Positions 59,301 to 64,000 of a stretch of DNA of 64,000 nucleotides are shown in pieces. The stretch is taken from assembly GCA_964016885.1 (NCBI GenBank), contig OZ024759.1, positions 16,492,001 through 16,556,000 of the forward strand, read 5' to 3'. How positions within the stretch are numbered: position 1 is the first letter of the stretch; every line of letters begins with the position of its first letter. Source of the DNA: Eledone cirrhosa (Eukaryota). Position numbers and translations under genes: made by a program. The notes under the pieces were generated by a model. It had not been told where the DNA came from and searched no databases. It saw nothing but the letters and a program-made list of their open reading frames with translations.

Positions 59301-62300
59301 GGATTAGTAAAGCGTCGGACAACATGCATTGCAGCATAGAGTTATGACCTTTTACATTCTGAGTTCAAATCCTGCTGAGGTTAGCTTTGCCTTTTATCTT
59401 TATGGGGGTCATTAAAATAAAATACCAGTAATGCACTGGGATCAATTTAATTGACTTTCTCCTCTCCCAAAATTGTTGGGCTTGTGCTTAATGCACTGGG
59501 TAATTGCTGGCCTTGTGCCTAAAGTAGAAACAATTATTACTTCATAAAATTAATAAAATTAATAATTCATTATCATCATCATCATTATCATCATTTAATA
59601 TTTGCTTTCCCTACCAGTATAGGTTGTGGCACCAGCACTACCACTATGCTAGGTGGACTTGGTGTATTTTCATGGCATCAGCACTATCACCAAACAGGGT
59701 ACACTAGGTTTTTTTTTTTAGTCATGGCATCAGCACTACCACCATACAGGTGGGTAGTGGGGTAGTGAAGCAGGGCTACTAACCTCCCAGACTGGCCGAT
59801 AAAGTCTGCATTCTGCTTATGTATGATCATATTGAGTGCAGAGGAGAAGTTGTTGTCTATTGACACAAACTGAAGTGTCTTCCCAACCCCTTGTTTTTCA
59901 AGCTTGCTACAGTTGGATGCCCTTCCTAACACCGTCCACTTTACAGCATGTACCAAGTGCTTTTATCATATAGATCACCATTATCATCATCATTTAACAT
60001 TTGCTTTCCCTGCTAGTAAGGGTTGGACGAGTCTACATAGACCAAGTCAGTACTGAAACAGGGCTAAGTGCCCTTGTTTGTTGAAGTGAGTGGTGAATGT
60101 GAGGAATGTGGAGCAGCAGAGAAGACTAGAAAGAACAGAAATGAAAACAGAGCTAGTAATGAATGTTGTGAAGAGAAATGGAATGAGATGGCAGGGTTGT
60201 GTGTTGAGGAAGGATGAAAGTGACTGGGTGAGAGGAATAAAAGCAGTGATGACTGTTGTGAAGAGAAATGGAATGAGATGGTTCAGTCATGTGTTGAAGG
60301 ATGAAAATGTTTAGGTGAAAGGAGTGATAGAAATGAATGTGGAAGAAAGTAGAAGAGGCAGAAGACTGGGCAAAATGGAGCAGCCATGGCGTGGGGCCCT
60401 CAAGTCCAATTTGTGCTTTAGCAAGGAAAAGGGCCTAAAAATGCTTGTTCTGAATAATTAATAGAAAAATATTAGTCATCATCATCATCATTTTACATCC
60501 ACTTTTCCCTTCTTGCAAGAGTGGGACGGGTCCTCTTCAGCACAGCATCTCTCCATTCGTCACGGTCCCTCATCATCTCCTCTGTGAGCTTCAGCAATCT
60601 GAGGTCAGCTCTCACCACCTCTGCCCATGTTTTACGTGGTCTTCCTCTACTGCATCTTCCTTCCACCATCAAAATAATGATCTATTATTTAAATTAGTAC
60701 GCATTTTTTTGTTGTTCTTCTTCAGGATGCTTCTGTTATGAATTACCATTTTATAATTTGCTGGCGACTCCTAGCCTGTCTCCCTCCGTCATTGGAATAC
60801 CTACAGATGCTTGAATCTGAAGAATTAGGAATGGGTCCTGGCCATATTCTTCACACACTCAGGTGGGCTCCCAGGCTTGGACATAAAACATTTTCAGGAT
60901 GGATTAAGGTAAGTTACATATACATCATTTTCTTCATCTTAAAACTGTTTGGATACCAACCTAACTGAAACTGCCTCTGGTTCTATAATTCCAGAACAGT
61001 TTGTTTTAACCATTTTGGTACCAATCTTCTTGAAATTGTCTCTGATTCTACAATACAAACTGTCTATTTGAAAGTCTATATATTTATCTAAAAACTTTCC
61101 ATCATAATTTTATGTAAGAACCTTTATGTTCCTAACACTAGCTAAATAAGGAGAAAGTTAGTAATATTATCAAACCCCTCCGAATTCTTGATTATTTTCA
61201 AAATTATTTGAAAGTTATAAGCAATGACTTCCATTTATGTTTATCTTAAAACCTTCTGTCATAATTTCATCTAAGAACCTTTATATTTCAAACAGCAGCT
61301 TAATAATAAGAGGATTAGTTATATTATTAAATCTCTCAAAATCCTTGATTTATTTTCAAAATTATATTAAGATTTTATGCTGCATCTTTCATTAAAAATA
61401 TGGTAATGAAAAGGTTTATATTTATCAAAAAAGGTTTATAAAAGTGTTTATATTTATCAAAAATCTATTAGAATTTTTTCTAAGAAGCTTTATTATGTTC
61501 CAGACACTTGCTTAACAAAATGTTTACTTTCGGGTCTCGAATAATCATCCCACCCACTTATTAAATTTTGCTAATGTTATAAAATAAATAGGATGGGTTT
61601 GGGTCTCAATATGTAAACTAAACAACTAATTCAGGTTTTTTAAAAAAATCAACGGAGACAACCTAGAAAAATTACCCCCCCCCCCCCCCCCCCCATTATT
61701 TGGGACCCAAGAGTACATTACTAGGAATCCCATACATTATAAAATGAATAGGATGGATTGGGGTTTCAATATGTAACCTAAAACGACTAATTCTGGTTTT
61801 TAAAAATATATCAATGGAGACAACGTAGAAAAATTACCGATTCCACTCCCTTGCTTATTCCCCCCCCCCCCCCCCCCCCCACCGATTATTTCTATTGTAA
61901 CCCAAGAGTAAATTGCTTTATTTGTATTTTAGGATAGTTTAGTGAAACAAGGGCAGACAACACACCAGGCTGAGGTGCTCCTCACCAATGCTGATAAAAA
62001 AGCCAACTCAGTATATTATGATGTTCGACTAGCTATTAATTTTATCCAAGAGCAGGTAATTACTTCCATTTTCAATTTTTATTCCTATGTATTTATATGT
62101 TCATTCAGTAAATTATGAAGTCTGAATCGTTATGGTCGCCATCATCTCTGTTTAAAGTCTATTTTCCATGCTTGCATGGGTTAAACAGGCTGTCATGCTA
62201 TGAAGCCAAACTGGTCAGGTGACCTCATTTTCCTTGTACATTCTGTTTTAGGCTTGTTTTTTTTACAGCTAGTTGCCCTTTCTCACTCCAACCACCTTAT

Positions 62301-63957
62301 AGGGTGAACTGGGTGCTTTTTGTTGTGACAGCAGCAGGGCCATCTTACAGAATGGACTGGGTGTTTTTTCATGGCACCAGCACTACCGTCCTACAAAGTG
62401 TTTTTTGTTGTGACACCAGTACTGCCAACCTAGAGAGTGGACTGGGTGTTTTCTGTCGTAGTACCAGTACTACCACTTTAGAGAGTTGATTGGGTGCTTT
62501 TTGTCATGACACCTACATAATCATCATCGTTTAACAGCTATCTTCCACGCTAGCATGGGTTAGACGGGAGTTGTCCAAATTTGAGGCAAGGTTGGTCGGG
62601 TGACCGTGTCTCGCTCCTATAGGACTATCTGGCAGGTTTTCTACGGCTGGATGCCCTTCCTAACACCAACCACATTTATAGTGTGGACTGGGAACTTTTT
62701 ACCGTGTTACCTACACGGCCGCATTACAGCGTGGACTGTGTGTTTTTTTGTCGTGACACCTACACGATCTCGATCTCATTATCTCATTTATCCCGCCGAG
62801 GTTAACTTTGCCTTTCATCCTTACGGGGGTCAATAAAATAAAGTACCAGTAGTGTACTGGGTAATAGCTGGCCTTGTGCCAAAAGGAGAAACAATTATCT
62901 CATTTATTTGGACTGGATGTTGTGGTACCAACTTTGCAGAGAAAGGGTGGTATTGGTGGGAGTGGGAGGATGGAGTAGGGGTAGTGGATTGGGGTGTATA
63001 TTTGGTTAAGAGGTGCCTACTGACTGTAGGTTTCGCTTTGTACATAGGCAAGGCGGATCTTCTGTATTACTGCGTGGTGCCAAAGATCTCGTTCCAGTGA
63101 CATTGTCATTTTACATATATATATAAACTGGTGTGAAAATATGTTTATATATATATATGGAGGCACATGGCTTAGTGGTTAGAGCATTGGCCTTGCAATC
63201 GAAAGGTTGTGAGTTCAATTCTCAGACAGGGTGATGTGTTGTTTCCTTGAGCAAGACACTTTATTTCACATTGCTCCAGTTTACTCAGCTGTAGAAATGA
63301 GATGATAGGGACTGGGGTCCCTATCATTCCACTGCAAAGTGGTCGTGGAGGTGCCACGGCAAAAAAAGCACCCAGCACTCACTGTAAATGAGGTTGGTGT
63401 TAGGAAGGGCATCCAGCTGTAGAAATCAAGCCAGAATCAGTTCCTGTCCCACCCTTGCAAGCAGGGAAAAGTGGACGTAAAATGAAATGATATAATCATC
63501 ATCGTTTTATGCCCATTTCTCCACGCTGGCATGAGTTAGATGAGTTGTCCTACCGTGGGCAATGCCAAGTCAGATGACCATGTCTAGCTCATACAGAACT
63601 GATTTTGGCTTGGTTTCTACAGCTGGATGCCCTTTCTAACACCAACCTCATTTACAGTGAGTGCTGGTTGCGTTTTGTTGTGATACCTACACAACCACTT
63701 TACAGTCTGGACTGGCTGCTTTTATATAATCATACAAAAGCTGATGTGAAAATCTATATGTTGTATGTATATTTACTAAAGATTCTACGTCAGTTTTATT
63801 TCTTTTTCAACCTCAACAGATGAGTAGTTTCCCTGCTGTGGAGCACCACACTATTCTTTCTTCTAATGATCTTCCTGGACTCTCTTCAATTTTAATGCTT
63901 GATGCTGTTGTTGCCAAAGTCCAAATCTCTTTGGATGAAATCTTTACAAAGGCTATG
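26827..63957 (+). CDS. UBR4: E3 ubiquitin-protein ligase UBR4 (p600/Poe), first 24 coding exons (~1127 codons); continues beyond the window
   Basis: Exons 26827-26942, 34086-34183, 34652-34755, 37449-37578, 38137-38518, 39986-40229, 41259-41318, 42253-42428, 44192-44294, 45296-45424, 46623-46749, 48654-48844, 49554-49639, 50693-50775, 51544-51629, 52402-52648, 54252-54375, 56364-56466, 56905-57049, 57628-57707, 59107-59229, 60726-60908, 61933-62055, 63820-63957; all GT-AG and phase-consistent. UBR4 motifs recognised: KPLLAASYSAF, EILHH..YESFYSTFVALSAHY, LIKGLC, SLPVLEPL, DSNTYYEDDFSS, EPLLGLWFEETLSP, FNHSLV, DVNVEHLQ. Confidence 0.95.
29811..29916. repeat. Long GC-rich inverted repeat in UBR4 intron 1
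   Basis: 47-bp arms with 2 mismatches around a 12-nt spacer. Confidence 0.92.
31701..31891 (+). mobile_element. Full-length family A SINE with target-site duplication
   Basis: Direct repeat ATTATTAAATTTTAAATG at 31684-31701 and 31886-31903. Confidence 0.85.
32359..32433. repeat. (CA)n microsatellite
   Basis: Pure dinucleotide run. Confidence 0.97.
32468..33644 (-). mobile_element. 5'-truncated CR1-clade LINE (reverse transcriptase fragment, frameshifted)
   Basis: Minus-strand SGVPQGSVLGPLLF..YIND, KYADDIKL, ERDLGITVSSDL, VRPHLEFASSVWNPY..LETVQRRATK and TRGHAYKI; (ATT)n tail. Confidence 0.92.
34195..34570. repeat. (CAT/CAC)n low-complexity tract in UBR4 intron 2
   Basis: Degenerate trinucleotide repeat that produces the spurious poly-V/M and poly-P/S ORFs. 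Confidence 0.9.
34790..35815 (+). repeat. 48-bp tandem array (~17 copies) expanded inside an RTE-tailed non-autonomous element
   Basis: Unit CACTGTAAAGTGGTCGTGTAGGTGTCAC(G/A)ACAAAA(A/G)GCACCTAGTCCA runs into the usual AGGAAGGGCATCC..GGACATTAAA(TGA)n element end. Confidence 0.93.
40291..40675. mobile_element. Non-autonomous DNA transposon remnant
   Basis: Imperfect TIRs CTCTCGGTTCTTGAATAAT / ATTATTTGGGATCCGATAG. The same family occurs at ~61525-61910. Confidence 0.55.
44330..44802. mobile_element. Second TTAA-flanked MITE family, containing a nested family A SINE (~44496-44715)
   Basis: TTAA-CCCTATTGTTACCA...TGGTAGCAAAAGGG-TTAA. Fragments recur at ~51060-51453, 52770-53560 and 60950-61500. 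Confidence 0.7.
45830..46540 (-). mobile_element. Decayed RTE-clade LINE fragment
   Basis: Minus-strand MMHGGETWAVT..RLERNEVAMLHWMCNV..ELREKLGL, typical of the post-RT region of RTE elements. Confidence 0.75.
47770..48610. repeat. Degenerate AT-rich tandem repeat interrupted by two TTAA-targeting elements
   Basis: Unit TATCTTATAGTTAATTATGTGAGCTGTTACATAACTTATTAATTAAACAATATATT. The MITE at 48161-48390 sits at the unit's TTAA, and uninterrupted units show the empty site. Confidence 0.8.
54585..55024. mobile_element. piggyBac-type MITE (family 1) with a nested family A SINE (54679-54869)
   Basis: MITE termini TTAA-CCC...GGG-TTAA. The SINE is flanked by TCTCACATAAT at 54668-54678 and 54870-54880. 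Confidence 0.88.
55557..55638 (-). ncRNA. Type I hammerhead ribozyme-like motif with palindromic stem III
   Basis: Minus strand reads GUUUC-CUGAUGA-(49-nt imperfect stem II)-GAAA-CCCCAUGGGG-UA-GAAAC: stem I GUUUC/GAAAC, palindromic ACCCCAUGGGGU, GUA site. Confidence 0.6.
58340..58965 (+). mobile_element. RTE-clade LINE 3' fragment
   Basis: ..KAKVVIFNSVFVPTLTYGHESWVMTEE..SRIQAAEIGFL.. Related pieces at ~40890-41190 (+), 43820-44100 (-) and 49200-49450 (-). Confidence 0.75.
62520..63075 (-). mobile_element. RTE-tailed non-autonomous element with a nested 5'-truncated family A SINE
   Basis: Homologous to ~18140-18580 (+) and ~29930-30255 (-). The nested SINE is bounded by ATTATCTCATTTAT at 62778-62791 and 62894-62907, and the ~30190 copy shows the empty site. 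Confidence 0.8.
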
Positions 63958-64000
63958 GTAAGTTGGGATTCTCTTTTAGCTCTTTATTCGAGGGTCAGCT

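Overview
AT-rich, repeat-dense animal genomic DNA with spliced genes. The SINE, RTE-tail and MITE repertoire suggests an octopus or other coleoid cephalopod (inference). Three protein-coding genes lie in tandem on the + strand, reconstructed by hand from GT-AG junctions with consistent phases: the last 6 exons of an M17 cytosol leucine aminopeptidase (LAP3-like, 1-8183), a complete 8-exon MRPS31 (10980-21067, 307 aa), and the first 24 exons (~1127 codons) of the giant E3 ligase UBR4 (26827 to beyond the window end). Almost none of the supplied six-frame ORFs are genes; they are exon read-throughs, transposon fragments or repeat artefacts. Introns and spacers hold tRNA-derived SINEs, CR1 and RTE LINE remnants, a Tigger/pogo fragment, TTAA-flanked piggyBac-type MITEs and several minisatellites. 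The most notable unexplained signals are: (1) three type I hammerhead-ribozyme-like motifs plus fold-back hairpins built from hammerhead 3' halves, all near (TA)n tracts and probably Penelope-like-element remnants; (2) a ~13-copy GAAA-tetraloop hairpin array in the probable MRPS31 3'UTR; (3) a CpG-rich island and a candidate 32-nt microexon in UBR4 intron 1; (4) inverted repeats bracketing exons. No wholly new system can be proven from sequence alone.
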